Assembly: GCA_964352775.1 (NCBI GenBank)
Contig: CAYGTK010000004.1
Location: 594-64,593, forward strand
Source: an uncultured Chitinophagaceae bacterium
GTDB lineage: Bacteria > Bacteroidota > Bacteroidia > Chitinophagales > CAIOSU01
DNA: 64,000 nucleotides
Direction of reading: 5' to 3'
Part shown: piece after piece, positions 40,939 to 50,185 of the stretch
Numbering within the stretch: the stretch's first letter is position 1
Layout of the letters: each line of letters starts with the position of its first letter
The notes under the pieces: model-generated
What the model saw: only the letters and a program-made list of their open reading frames with translations
Database searches by the model: none
Told to the model about the DNA's origin: nothing
Program-made: the position numbers and the translations under genes

Positions 40939-41859
40939 ATGTTGGGTGTGCCAAATATGGCTGGAATGCCCATGACCATTTCGTTTGAGCCTACTACGGC
41001 TTGTAACTTGCGCTGCCCAGAATGCCCTAGTGGTTTGCGGTCATTCACTCGGCCTAGGGGGATGTTGCAAGAAGATCTGTTCCGAAAAGTGATGGATGAA
41101 GTGGGAGATGATCTGCTCTATTTATACCTCTATTTTCAAGGGGAGCCTTATTTAAATCCCAATTTTTTAGACTTAGTTAGCTATGCGCACAAGAAGAAAG
41201 TATATAGTGTAACCAGCACCAATGCCCACTTTCTGGATGATGAGAACGCCAGGCGCACGGTAGAAAGTGGTTTGGATAGGTTGATCATCTCTTTAGACGG
41301 TACTACGCAAGAAACCTATGAGAATTACCGCATAGAAGGCGAGTTGGATAAAGTAATTGAGGGTACTAAGAATTTGATAGCTTGGAAGAAGAAGTTGAAA
41401 AGCAAAACCCCACACACCATTTTCCAATTTCTGGTGGTGAAGCCAAATGAACATCAAATACCTGAGGTATATCGATTGGCCAAAGAGCTAGGTGTGGATG
41501 AAGTAAAACTAAAAACCGCACAGATATACGACTATGAAAATGGGAACGAGCTAATACCTTCTATAGATAAGTATTCGCGCTACCGTAAATTACACAATGG
41601 CAAATATGAGCTAAAGAACGAGCTTGAAAATGGCTGCTGGAAGATGTGGCACTCCTGTGTAGTTACTTGGGATGGCAAGGTAGTACCTTGCTGCTTTGAT
41701 AAAGATGCCAACCACAAACTAGGCGACTTGAGCACTACTGGCTTTAAAGAAATTTGGAATAGTGAGGGTTATAATAGCTTCCGCCAACACCTGTTGACTG
41801 CTAGAAAAGAGGTAGATATTTGTACGAATTGCACCGAAGGCACTAAGGTGTGGGCCTAA
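40939..41859 (+). CDS. Radical SAM enzyme with C-terminal SPASM domain
   Basis: CxxxCxxC cluster TTACNLRCPECPSG close to the N-terminus if translation starts at ATG 40939 or 40957 (the ORF track starts at 40840). GGEP-like FQGEPYL. SPASM Cys pattern CWKMWHSCVVTWDGKVVPCCFD...ICTNC. Confidence 0.8.
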   Translation: MLGVPNMAGMPMTISFEPTTACNLRCPECPSGLRSFTRPRGMLQEDLFRKVMDEVGDDLLYLYLYFQGEPYLNPNFLDLVSYAHKKKVYSVTSTNAHFLDDENARRTVESGLDRLIISLDGTTQETYENYRIEGELDKVIEGTKNLIAWKKKLKSKTPHTIFQFLVVKPNEHQIPEVYRLAKELGVDEVKLKTAQIYDYENGNELIPSIDKYSRYRKLHNGKYELKNELENGCWKMWHSCVVTWDGKVVPCCFDKDANHKLGDLSTTGFKEIWNSEGYNSFRQHLLTARKEVDICTNCTEGTKVWA

Positions 41860-42419
41860 ACGGTCATTATTTCGGTTTCCTTCTTCTCTACATGCTTATC
41901 TATTTTAGCATTGTAGGAATTGGTCAGGTCTTGCACCTCCGCTTCTGCGTCTTTGGCTAAGTCTTCTGATAAGCCATCTTTCTGCAAAGCTTTGATGCCA
42001 TCATTAGCTTCTTTACGGGCACTTCTAATACCTACACGTGAGTTCTCTGCCTCATTCTTCACCATCTTAACCAATTCATGACGACGCTCTTCCGTCATAG
42101 GTGGTAAGTTAATGCGAATGGTTTCCCCATCGTTCATCGGATTGAAACCTAGGTTAGCTGCATGTATGGCTTTCTCAATATCTGCTAAAATGCTTTTTTC
42201 CCAAGGCTTAACAGTTATGGTCTTTGCATCAGGGGTACCTATAGTAGCTGCTTGCGCTAATTGGGTTTTTACACCATAATAATCAATGAACACACTATTA
42301 AGCATAGACACGTTGGCCTTTCCAGCACGTAGTTTTGAAAGCTCTGCCTCTAAATGGTCAATAGCTTTCTCCATATTTTCCTTGGCTTCCTCCAAGTACA
42401 TTTCTACTTCCTCGCTCAT
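41856..42419 (-). CDS. frr: Ribosome recycling factor
   Basis: 187 aa. RAGKANVSMLNSVFIDYYG and PPMTEERRHELVK are classic Frr blocks. Confidence 0.95.
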   Translation of the reverse strand: MSEEVEMYLEEAKENMEKAIDHLEAELSKLRAGKANVSMLNSVFIDYYGVKTQLAQAATIGTPDAKTITVKPWEKSILADIEKAIHAANLGFNPMNDGETIRINLPPMTEERRHELVKMVKNEAENSRVGIRSARKEANDGIKALQKDGLSEDLAKDAEAEVQDLTNSYNAKIDKHVEKKETEIMTV

Positions 42420-42438
42420 AACTGTTGGTTTTTATTGA

Positions 42439-43143
42439 TCAGGATACTAGCGTTCCTACATTTTCGCCATGCAACACCTGCAATAGATTGCCCTTTTTAT
42501 TCATATCGAACACAATAATAGGTAGTTCGTTCTCCATACACAAGGTAAACGCGGTCATATCCATAATATTAAGGCTCTTCTGTATCACCTCCATAAAACT
42601 GATCTTCTCATAGCGTTCTGCCGTTGCATCTAATTCAGGGTCTGCTGAGTAGATACCATCTACACGTGTTCCTTTCAATATTACGTCTGCCTCTATCTCA
42701 ACTGCACGAAGCGATGCTGCAGTATCTGTAGTAAAATAAGGGTTTCCCGTTCCCGCTCCGAAAATAACTACACGACCTTTTTCCAGATGTCGGATAGCTC
42801 TACGGCGGATATATGGCTCAGCAACTTGCTGCATTTCAATGGCGGTAAGCAAGCGGGTATAAATACCAGCGGCCTCTAAAGCACCTTGTAATGCAATACC
42901 GTTAATAACGGTGGCAAGCATGCCCATGTAATCGCCTTGAACACGGTCAATACCATTCTCTGCAGCCTGTAATCCTCTGAAAATATTACCGCCGCCGATA
43001 ACAATGGCCACCTCTAATCCGAGGTCGAGCACACTCTTGATGTCGGCTGCATATTGCTGTAATCGTTTTGGGTCGATGCCGAATTGTTTGTCGCCCATTA
43101 ACGACTCTCCGCTCAGCTTAAGCAATACGCGTTTGTACTTCAT
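42439..43143 (-). CDS. pyrH: UMP kinase
   Basis: Trimmed to [15 protein letters not shown]. The longer ORF-track start would run through the tsf terminator hairpin. GGGNIFRG and [13 protein letters not shown] motifs. Confidence 0.93.
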   Translation of the reverse strand: MKYKRVLLKLSGESLMGDKQFGIDPKRLQQYAADIKSVLDLGLEVAIVIGGGNIFRGLQAAENGIDRVQGDYMGMLATVINGIALQGALEAAGIYTRLLTAIEMQQVAEPYIRRRAIRHLEKGRVVIFGAGTGNPYFTTDTAASLRAVEIEADVILKGTRVDGIYSADPELDATAERYEKISFMEVIQKSLNIMDMTAFTLCMENELPIIVFDMNKKGNLLQVLHGENVGTLVS

Positions 43144-43159
43144 GTGGTCAAAATTAATC

Positions 43160-43190
43160 AAAAAAAAAGAGAGAATTTTCATTCTCTCTT
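43160..43190 (-). terminator. Rho-independent terminator downstream of tsf
   Basis: Minus strand reads AAGAGAGAAT-gaaa-ATTCTCTCTT followed by a run of Ts. 10-bp perfect stem with a 4-nt loop. Confidence 0.75.
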
Positions 43191-43215
43191 TCTCTATTTT
43201 ATCTTAAAATTTAGC

Positions 43216-44049
43216 TTAGCTACCTAGCGCAATACGCTTAAAGTCAACTACTGCTAGATCAGCACTTACTTCTTTCAATGCCTTCTCAACAGTTTTGCTA
43301 CCGTCTTTAACGAATGCTTGATGAACTAAGGTGTTCTCTTTGAAAAATTTCTTCAAACGACCTTCAGCTATCTTGTCAACCATTTGATCTGGCTTACCTT
43401 CAGCTAATGCTTGGTCGCGACCTACTGCGAATTCACGATCACGTACTTCTTGCGGTACACCGTTCTCGTCAACAGCTACAGGGTTCATTGCTGCTACTTG
43501 CATAGCTGCATCGCGACCTATTTCGCTTACGCCGTTCTTAGCTTCTTGGTTAAGCGATACTAACACACCAATACGGTTACCCATATGGTTGTAAGGCACA
43601 ACACCTTCGCCAGATACTTTTTCGTATGCTGATAGTTTGATGTTCTCGTTGATCTTACCAACTAGCTCCGTTACTTGATCACCTACTGTACGGCCATTAA
43701 GGTCTAATGCAAGTAATCCTTCCAAGTCATCTGGTAGTTCGCTCAATGCTAATGAAGCTATATCATCAGCAAATTTGATGAACTCTTCATTCTTCGCTAC
43801 GAAATCAGTTTCGCTACTCAAGCGTACGATAATTCCAGTTTTACCATCGGCAGTGGTTTTTGCAACCACCATACCTTCGTTGGCATCTTTTCCTGAACGT
43901 AGCTCAGATACTTTCTGACCTTTTTTACGCAAAAAGTCAATTGCGGCCTCCATGTCGCCATCAGTGGCGGTTAAGGCTTTCTTACAATCCATCATACCAG
44001 CTCCGGTACGTTGGCGTAGTTCATTTACTTGTTTGGCAGTAATACCCAT
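43216..44049 (-). CDS. tsf: Translation elongation factor Ts
   Basis: ITAKQVNELRQRTGAGMMDCKKAL UBA-like N-terminus and full-length EF-Ts pattern. Confidence 0.95.
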   Translation of the reverse strand: MGITAKQVNELRQRTGAGMMDCKKALTATDGDMEAAIDFLRKKGQKVSELRSGKDANEGMVVAKTTADGKTGIIVRLSSETDFVAKNEEFIKFADDIASLALSELPDDLEGLLALDLNGRTVGDQVTELVGKINENIKLSAYEKVSGEGVVPYNHMGNRIGVLVSLNQEAKNGVSEIGRDAAMQVAAMNPVAVDENGVPQEVRDREFAVGRDQALAEGKPDQMVDKIAEGRLKKFFKENTLVHQAFVKDGSKTVEKALKEVSADLAVVDFKRIALGS

Positions 44050-44083
44050 CGTTTCCTCTAAGAGTTTTTATAAAAAAAAACGG

Positions 44084-44881
44084 TTACTTTTTTGCAGCTG
44101 GTGTGCGCTTACGGGTAGCAGGTTTTTTCTTCTCGCCACCTTCAGCTTTCGCTTCAGCCTTTTTTTCCTGTTTAGGCTCATCAAGTTTTTCCTTTCTGCG
44201 CTCATCCAGGCCTTCCATCACTGCGTGAGTGATATAGTCTACTATGAAACCAACAGATTTCGAAGCATCATCATTCGCTGGGATAGGGAAGTCAACCACA
44301 TTAGGGTCTGAGTTCGTATCCACCATTGCGAAAGTGGTCATGTTCAATTTCTGAGCTTCTTGTATTGCGATATGCTCGTGCGTTACGTCTACCACAAAGA
44401 TAGCTGCTGGAATACGGTTCAATTGTGCGATACCGCCAATTACACGCTCTAGCTTTTCACGCTCGCGGCTTAACACCAGGCGTTCTTTCTTTGTAATGTT
44501 TTCGTACGATCCGTCAGACAACATCTTATCGATTGTCTGCATTTTTTTGATCGATTTACGAATAGTAGCGAAGTTGGTTAACATACCACCTAACCAGCGT
44601 TCAGTAACGAAAGGCATGTTCACTTTACGTGCTGCTTCTTCCACTATACCTTTCGCTTGTTTCTTGGTAGCTACGAACAAGATCTTCTTTCCACTTTTAG
44701 CAATGTTTTTCAAAGCGAAACTCGCTTCTTTCAACTTGCGATTAGTTTTATTCAGATCGATGATGTGAATACCTTTCATTTCCTTGAAAATGTAAGGTAA
44801 CATCTTCGGGTTCCACTTCTTTTTTAGGTGACCGTAATGTACGCCGGCCTCCAGCATTGCTTTGTTGTCAATAGGTTCCAT
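44084..44881 (-). CDS. rpsB: 30S ribosomal protein S2
   Basis: LLEAGVHYGH, ILFVATKKQA, RWLGGMLTNF blocks. Lys-rich C-terminal extension. Confidence 0.95.
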   Translation of the reverse strand: MEPIDNKAMLEAGVHYGHLKKKWNPKMLPYIFKEMKGIHIIDLNKTNRKLKEASFALKNIAKSGKKILFVATKKQAKGIVEEAARKVNMPFVTERWLGGMLTNFATIRKSIKKMQTIDKMLSDGSYENITKKERLVLSREREKLERVIGGIAQLNRIPAAIFVVDVTHEHIAIQEAQKLNMTTFAMVDTNSDPNVVDFPIPANDDASKSVGFIVDYITHAVMEGLDERRKEKLDEPKQEKKAEAKAEGGEKKKPATRKRTPAAKK

Positions 44882-44899
44882 ATATCTTCTATGCCGATA

Positions 44900-45286
44900 T
44901 TAACGTTTACTAAATTGAGGTCTTTTCCGTGCCTTGCGCAATCCTGGTTTTTTACGCTCTACAACTCTTGAGTCGCGAGCCATCAGGTCTTGTGCTTTAA
45001 GTAGTGGCTTTAACTCTTCGTCGGTTTTAACTAGAGCACGAGCAATGGCCAACTTAATGGCATCTGCTTGTCCTTTAATTCCACCACCATTGACGTTCAC
45101 TTTTACGTCGTATTTACCAACGCCATCCACAGCAAGGAATGGTTCGTTGATCTTAGCGCTCAAGTGAGGAACGGTAAAGAAGTCTTTGTAATCTTTTCCA
45201 TTTACGGTCACGTTACCTTTTCCTGAAGATAGGTATGCGCGAGCTATGGAAGCCTTTCTACGGCCTACTGCATTTACAATGCTCAT
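44900..45286 (-). CDS. rpsI: 30S ribosomal protein S9
   Basis: 128 aa. GRRKASIARAYL, GGG..GQADAI and a C-terminal KARKRPQFSKR. Confidence 0.95.
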   Translation of the reverse strand: MSIVNAVGRRKASIARAYLSSGKGNVTVNGKDYKDFFTVPHLSAKINEPFLAVDGVGKYDVKVNVNGGGIKGQADAIKLAIARALVKTDEELKPLLKAQDLMARDSRVVERKKPGLRKARKRPQFSKR

Positions 45287-45289
45287 ATG

Positions 45290-45733
45290 TTACAGTTTAA
45301 TGAGTTCAGGTTTCTGGGCAGTATGTGGATGCTCGTTGCCAGTATATACATACAGCTTCTTGTACATCGCACGTCCCAATTTATTTTTTGGCAGCATACC
45401 CTTTACAGCCTTCTCAATAATGAATGCTGGATTTTTCTCCAACATCATTTTAGGAGTTGACTCACGCTGTCCACCGGGGTAACCAGTGTGACGTAGGTAA
45501 ACTTTATCATTCATCTTGTTACCAGAAAAGCGAACTTTCTCAGCATTGATGATGATAACGTTGTCTCCTGTGTCAACGTGAGGGGTATAACTTGGCTTGT
45601 GCTTACCGCGTAACAAGGTTGCTACTTTGGTGCCCAAACGGCCTACTATCGCGTCTTCCGCGTCTATTACATACCAACCGTGCGTTACTGTTTGCGCGTT
45701 GGCAGAAATGGTTTTATAACTTAAGGTGTCCAC
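45290..45733 (-). CDS. rplM: 50S ribosomal protein L13
   Basis: 147 aa. WYVIDAEDAIVGRLGTKVATLLRGKHKP is the L13 signature. Apparent GTG start. Confidence 0.95.
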   Translation of the reverse strand: MDTLSYKTISANAQTVTHGWYVIDAEDAIVGRLGTKVATLLRGKHKPSYTPHVDTGDNVIIINAEKVRFSGNKMNDKVYLRHTGYPGGQRESTPKMMLEKNPAFIIEKAVKGMLPKNKLGRAMYKKLYVYTGNEHPHTAQKPELIKL

Positions 45734-45765
45734 AATATTTAGTTTACCTTTTTTAAAATGGATTG

Positions 45766-45797
45766 CAAAGGTAGCCTTATCCTATGTAGCTAGCAAA
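45766..45797 (-). promoter_or_regulatory. Candidate Bacteroidota promoter (-33 TTTG, 20-nt spacer, -7 TACCTTTG) for the rplM-rpsI-rpsB-tsf operon
   Basis: On the minus strand, TTTG lies at 45797-45794 and TACCTTTG at 45773-45766. The -7 box ends about 32 nt upstream of the rplM start. Confidence 0.5.
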
Positions 45798-45910
45798 CAT
45801 TTACTTAAATAAAAACACAACTTACCTCGTAACTCATTGAGGATCAGGTGAATTTTTGTCCACAATAGACCAACACCCATTTCCGTTTTAGTTCGCAACT
45901 TTGCACTTAC

Positions 45911-47506
45911 ATGACCAAAAGCACCCCATTAGAGCAAAAGCTGTGGCCCTTTTTATTAATAGGGCTGGTGTTCTCGCTGTTTTGGAATCTGGGTTTACCA
46001 GCGTTTTACAATGAAGAACCGCGCCGTGCCTTAATAGCCCTAGAGATGTTGCTTCGCAACGATTGGCTTGCCCCTACTGAGTTCGGTATTCAATATTGTA
46101 AGAAGCCACCAGTATATAATTGGCTGATAATGGTAGGCTACAAACTAACGGGTATTTATACCGAATGGTGGCCGCGATGTATCACCGTTATCTCTCTTTT
46201 ATTAATGGGGGTGTTACATTTTCGCATCACCAAACACTATATAAGTAAACGACAGGCATTCTACTCGGCTATCTTCTTTATCATTTCAGCAGACATCTAT
46301 TTTGGCTTCAGTAAGTTGGGTGAGATAGACCTGTTTTATAGCCTTATTACTTACGCCGCTATGTTGCTCACCTTCCATTTGGGGCAGAAGCAGAAGTACT
46401 GGGCACTTTTTTTAATTACTTATCTAATTACCGCAATAGGTACTTTAACCAAAGGGGTGCCATCGCCTGTTTTTCAAGGACTTACCTTACTTACCTATTT
46501 CATTTGGTCGGGTAAATGGAAGAAGCTATTAAGCCCTGCGCACTTTGCTGGCATTGGCTTGTTTGCGATAATAGTTGGTGGTTACGCATATCTATATAGC
46601 CAACACAATGATATTACTTGCTACTTAAACGACCTATGGTCGCAATCGAGCGAGCGTACTGTTTTAGAGAAAAGCATTTGGGATACTGTTAAAGGGTTCT
46701 TCATCTTTCCTTTAGATCTGCTACGGATCACTTTGCCTGCAGCCATTTTTCTGCCGCTGCTTTTTCTTAAGGATGTTAGGCAGGCTATTTGGCAGAATAA
46801 GTTCTTACAGTTTGCCCTAATTGTGTTTGCGGTGAACGTATTGCCCTATTGGGTTTCGCCTGGATCTCGACCTCGTTATATATATATGTTGTTACCATTG
46901 GTGATAACGGTGGCAATTTTTGCTTTCAGTAGTATTCATAAAAAACCTATCGCCAACTGGTTTGATGCAATTGCAATGTTCGCCTGTGGTGGAGTTAGCG
47001 TTGCTTTTGTGTGGGGAGGAGTCTTCTTAGCTGGAAGAGCAATAGTGCCCAGCCCGATGATAGTGCTGATCTTAGGAGCCGTACTGCCAGTAATTATAGC
47101 ATTCATCGTAAAAAGGATCGGCATTCTATTTGGAATCGTTTGTCTGTTCCTGTTGTGCCGTATTCTAGTTGTAGATGCAATGGCCCAACAGTTCATGGTG
47201 AAAAAAGGCGAACACGTAGAGTACTACAACCAAGCAATTACCATCAGCGAAATTGCAGGCAATGAACAGGTACTGATATACACCCCTTGGGATGACCAGA
47301 GCGTTTCGCGCTCTCTAGGATTTTACATTACTCGCGAAACGGGCCACATTACCCAAATGACCCAAGAGACTAATTGCGAGAACTACTATTTGGTGAAAGA
47401 GCACTTTATACCAGAGCTACCTTATGACACCTTTCATTCTTTCGAGAGTAGAATGGGCAAGTATGTGCTGCTGAAATTCACCCATTGCGATGATGCTGAT
47501 GGATAA
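45911..47506 (+). CDS. Polytopic glycosyltransferase, family 39 / ArnT-PMT-like
   Basis: 531 aa, more than 10 TM helices. The first periplasmic loop EEPRRALIALEML resembles the conserved acidic loop motif of GT39/ArnT enzymes. Confidence 0.65.
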   Translation: MTKSTPLEQKLWPFLLIGLVFSLFWNLGLPAFYNEEPRRALIALEMLLRNDWLAPTEFGIQYCKKPPVYNWLIMVGYKLTGIYTEWWPRCITVISLLLMGVLHFRITKHYISKRQAFYSAIFFIISADIYFGFSKLGEIDLFYSLITYAAMLLTFHLGQKQKYWALFLITYLITAIGTLTKGVPSPVFQGLTLLTYFIWSGKWKKLLSPAHFAGIGLFAIIVGGYAYLYSQHNDITCYLNDLWSQSSERTVLEKSIWDTVKGFFIFPLDLLRITLPAAIFLPLLFLKDVRQAIWQNKFLQFALIVFAVNVLPYWVSPGSRPRYIYMLLPLVITVAIFAFSSIHKKPIANWFDAIAMFACGGVSVAFVWGGVFLAGRAIVPSPMIVLILGAVLPVIIAFIVKRIGILFGIVCLFLLCRILVVDAMAQQFMVKKGEHVEYYNQAITISEIAGNEQVLIYTPWDDQSVSRSLGFYITRETGHITQMTQETNCENYYLVKEHFIPELPYDTFHSFESRMGKYVLLKFTHCDDADG

Positions 47507-47542
47507 TTTCTAATTTCACCATCTCAAAAGCCTTCTCAACCA

Positions 47543-48421
47543 TTGTTAAAGAATTTACCATCGTGGATTAAAACTGCAATCAAGCTGTTAGTAACGGCTT
47601 TGGCCCTCTACTTTGTATTTAAAAAGGTAGATAGTAAAGAGGTGATCACCATTCTAAAGAATGTACACCTAGGCTATTTCATTGCTGCAGTGGTGGTTTT
47701 CAATGTGGCTAAGATCATTTCCATCTTTCGTTTCAAAGCTTTCTTGAAATACGTGCCGATGAGCATCAGCGACTGGTTCAACCTGAAGATCTATTATATC
47801 GGCGCCTTCTACAATCTATTTCTTCCCGGTTCTGTAGGTGGCGATGGCTATAAGGTTTACCTACTGAAACAGCAGACCGAAGAACCCACCAAGCACCTAA
47901 TAAGCACCGCCCTGCTCGATCGCGTTAGTGGGTTAGTGGCCCTTGCCTTTTTAACGGGGGTGCTGATACTTATTTACCCTGGAGAATACGACTACCGTCA
48001 ACCCATAAGGTGGTTGAGCATAGTGGGCTTAATAGCTTGCTATCCAGCATATTATTTACTACTTCAGGTGGTCTTCAAACGATTTTTAGGGGCTTTCCAT
48101 ATCACCAATTTCATCTCCTTGGTTTCGCAAGCCGTTATTCTATTAAGCACCTTGTTGCTGCTTTATGCCGTGGGTGTACCCGATAAGTTCTTGGCTTATT
48201 TGGCGGTATTTATGGTCAGTTCAGTTGTGGCAGTAGTGCCATTTACTTTGGGTGGACTTGGTGCACGCGAGCTTGTATTCGTGCTCAGCTACCAATACAT
48301 TGGCCTAGATAAAGACTTAGGCGTTGCCTTCTCCGTCAGCTTTTTCGCGGTTACTGCACTTTCTAGCTTGGTGGGTTTGGTGTGGAGTTTGGTTGGTGGA
48401 GTGAAAGAGCCAAGCAGCTAG
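47543..48421 (+). CDS. UPF0104 / lysylphosphatidylglycerol-synthase-TM-like (flippase-like) membrane protein
   Basis: 292 aa, about 8 TM helices. The LPGSVGGDGYKVYLL motif is typical of the family. TTG start. Confidence 0.6.
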   Translation: MLKNLPSWIKTAIKLLVTALALYFVFKKVDSKEVITILKNVHLGYFIAAVVVFNVAKIISIFRFKAFLKYVPMSISDWFNLKIYYIGAFYNLFLPGSVGGDGYKVYLLKQQTEEPTKHLISTALLDRVSGLVALAFLTGVLILIYPGEYDYRQPIRWLSIVGLIACYPAYYLLLQVVFKRFLGAFHITNFISLVSQAVILLSTLLLLYAVGVPDKFLAYLAVFMVSSVVAVVPFTLGGLGARELVFVLSYQYIGLDKDLGVAFSVSFFAVTALSSLVGLVWSLVGGVKEPSS

Positions 48422-48438
48422 ATCTTTAACTTAGCAAA

Positions 48439-48927
48439 GTGATACTCTTCTTAGATATTGACGGCGTACTTGCCACTTCCCCTCCTTGGAAAATGCCCAT
48501 TATTGTCAAAGATGGCTACTCGCAGTTTGATGAGGAATGTGTAAACAACTTAAACCAACTGCTTGGTAGGTATAAGTTTGGGATTTGGCTAAGCTCTACA
48601 CGTAGAGCCGCGAAAAGCCTGGTGGAGATGAATAAAATATTTGGACGGCGAGGCGTAAAGCAAGCAATTCATGCTTACGTGCCTATAGCAGATCAACCAC
48701 TTTCAAGAGCCGAAGAGCTAGAACGTTTTATTTCGAAGAAGGAGTTAAAAAATTTCTTGATCCTAGACGATGACACTAGCTTGAACGGCCTATCATCCTT
48801 TTATACGGATAGGTTGGTGTTAACGGAATTAACTAGGGGGTTTACCAAAGAGAAGTTGGAAGAGGCGAGGGGGAAGGTTAACCTAAACTTTGGATCAAAC
48901 ACTTCACCGCAACTACCTAGTAGGTAG
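48439..48927 (+). CDS. Small HAD-superfamily-like protein
   Basis: GTG start. The N-terminal FLDIDGVL is HAD motif I (DxD), and a late ILDDD acidic motif is also present. Its size and pattern remind me of stand-alone HAD domains seen in RNA-repair contexts, which I could not verify. Confidence 0.5.
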   Translation: MILFLDIDGVLATSPPWKMPIIVKDGYSQFDEECVNNLNQLLGRYKFGIWLSSTRRAAKSLVEMNKIFGRRGVKQAIHAYVPIADQPLSRAEELERFISKKELKNFLILDDDTSLNGLSSFYTDRLVLTELTRGFTKEKLEEARGKVNLNFGSNTSPQLPSR

Positions 48928-49383
48928 TATTACTGTTCCTTTCCCCCATTCATATCCAGCCGGAAAAGTTGGTGATACAATATGAAAAGGTGCGCTACCC
49001 TTAAACATGGCCTTTTCAACAGTACTCACTTGGTCTGAACAGATGTTAGCCATCATGACTGTTGAAGTAGAGGTGGTTTCATACACGCTTAAGTTCACCC
49101 AACGGGGTATTCCTGTTCGGGTGCAAATAGTATTTAGAAAAACATCTTCGTTTACCTTTTCTGGAATATTATTCCTTCCGCTTAGATCCTCAAAGTCTGC
49201 AATAAACTCTCTATTACTATAGCGATGGTTGCTAATGGAGTACATAATGTACTCTTGCCGTTCAGGGAAAATCATTCGACCCGCCATTACTCCAGCCAAA
49301 TACTTACATGTAATACTTGCAGTTTTAAGGTTGTGGCTAACCTCGGCCTTGTTCATTTCCCTATTTCTGTCGCGGAAGAACAC
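48913..49383 (-). CDS. Hypothetical protein
   Basis: 156-aa ORF with no recognisable motif. Its 3' end overlaps the convergent HAD-like gene by 15 nt. Confidence 0.35.
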   Translation of the reverse strand: MFFRDRNREMNKAEVSHNLKTASITCKYLAGVMAGRMIFPERQEYIMYSISNHRYSNREFIADFEDLSGRNNIPEKVNEDVFLNTICTRTGIPRWVNLSVYETTSTSTVMMANICSDQVSTVEKAMFKGSAPFHIVSPTFPAGYEWGKGTVILPTR

Positions 49384-49407
49384 GATGATTGAAGTTTAAG
49401 AAACTTA

Positions 49408-50109
49408 TCAATCCCGTCTTCCCAAGAAGATCATCACATAGTAAGCCAAGGTCATTAATGAACCCAAAGCGGCTACTACATAAGTCATGGCAGCCCATTT
49501 AAGCGCGTCTTTTGCGCCTTCGTGCTCTTGCCCTGTGGTTAGGCCTGCTCCATCTAACCAAGCCAAAGCGCGGTTGCTGGCATCAAACTCTACTGGCAGG
49601 GTAATGAAACTGAAAAAGGTCAATATAGCATAACAGCCAATGATAATGGGCAGCGCTACCATAAATAGGTTCGTGCCTAAAAGGTTGTTCAACACAAAGC
49701 CTCCAATAATAGAGCCTATCAAAACCATATTCAAAATGCGCCCGCTAGCCGCCTGCATAGGCACTAACTTTGAACGAAAGGTTAACCAGGTATAAGAGTT
49801 GGCGTGCTGAACGGCGTGACCACACTCGTGAGAGGCAACTGCTGCTGCAGCAATGCTTCTGCCTTGATACACCTCTGGACTTAGGTTTACTGTTTTGTTA
49901 ACTGGGTTGTAGTGGTCGGTCAATTTTCCTTGAACAGATTGCACTTTTACGTCGTGAATACCATTGTCGCTCAACATGCGTTCTGCTATTTCGCGACCGC
50001 TCATTCCTGCTCTAATGGGAATTTGGGAGTACTTCTTGAATTTGCTCTTCAGCATCTGACTAGCACCAAAGCTTAGCCCGAAGATCACTATCATTAGTAT
50101 GATGTACAT
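49408..50109 (-). CDS. Membrane zinc metallopeptidase (Zn_peptidase_2 family)
   Basis: N-terminal TM, KFKKYSQIP..GMSGREIAERML, HExxH site AVASHECGHAVQH, and C-terminal TM helices. Confidence 0.8.
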   Translation of the reverse strand: MYIILMIVIFGLSFGASQMLKSKFKKYSQIPIRAGMSGREIAERMLSDNGIHDVKVQSVQGKLTDHYNPVNKTVNLSPEVYQGRSIAAAAVASHECGHAVQHANSYTWLTFRSKLVPMQAASGRILNMVLIGSIIGGFVLNNLLGTNLFMVALPIIIGCYAILTFFSFITLPVEFDASNRALAWLDGAGLTTGQEHEGAKDALKWAAMTYVVAALGSLMTLAYYVMIFLGRRD

Positions 50110-50185
50110 AGTCTTATTTTATTTTGAAAGATACACAGCAAAAAACTTGCCCGATAGTAAATAGATGAAATTATGTCAGGTGATA

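Noticed and set aside
40667-40954. A 95-aa minus-strand ORF and a 75-aa plus-strand ORF (40635-40862) in the spacer upstream of the radical SAM gene.
   Set aside because: They overlap each other and the rSAM start region. Their composition is unremarkable and nothing distinguishes them from chance ORFs. Only the 40541-40735 ORF was kept, as a speculative lead.
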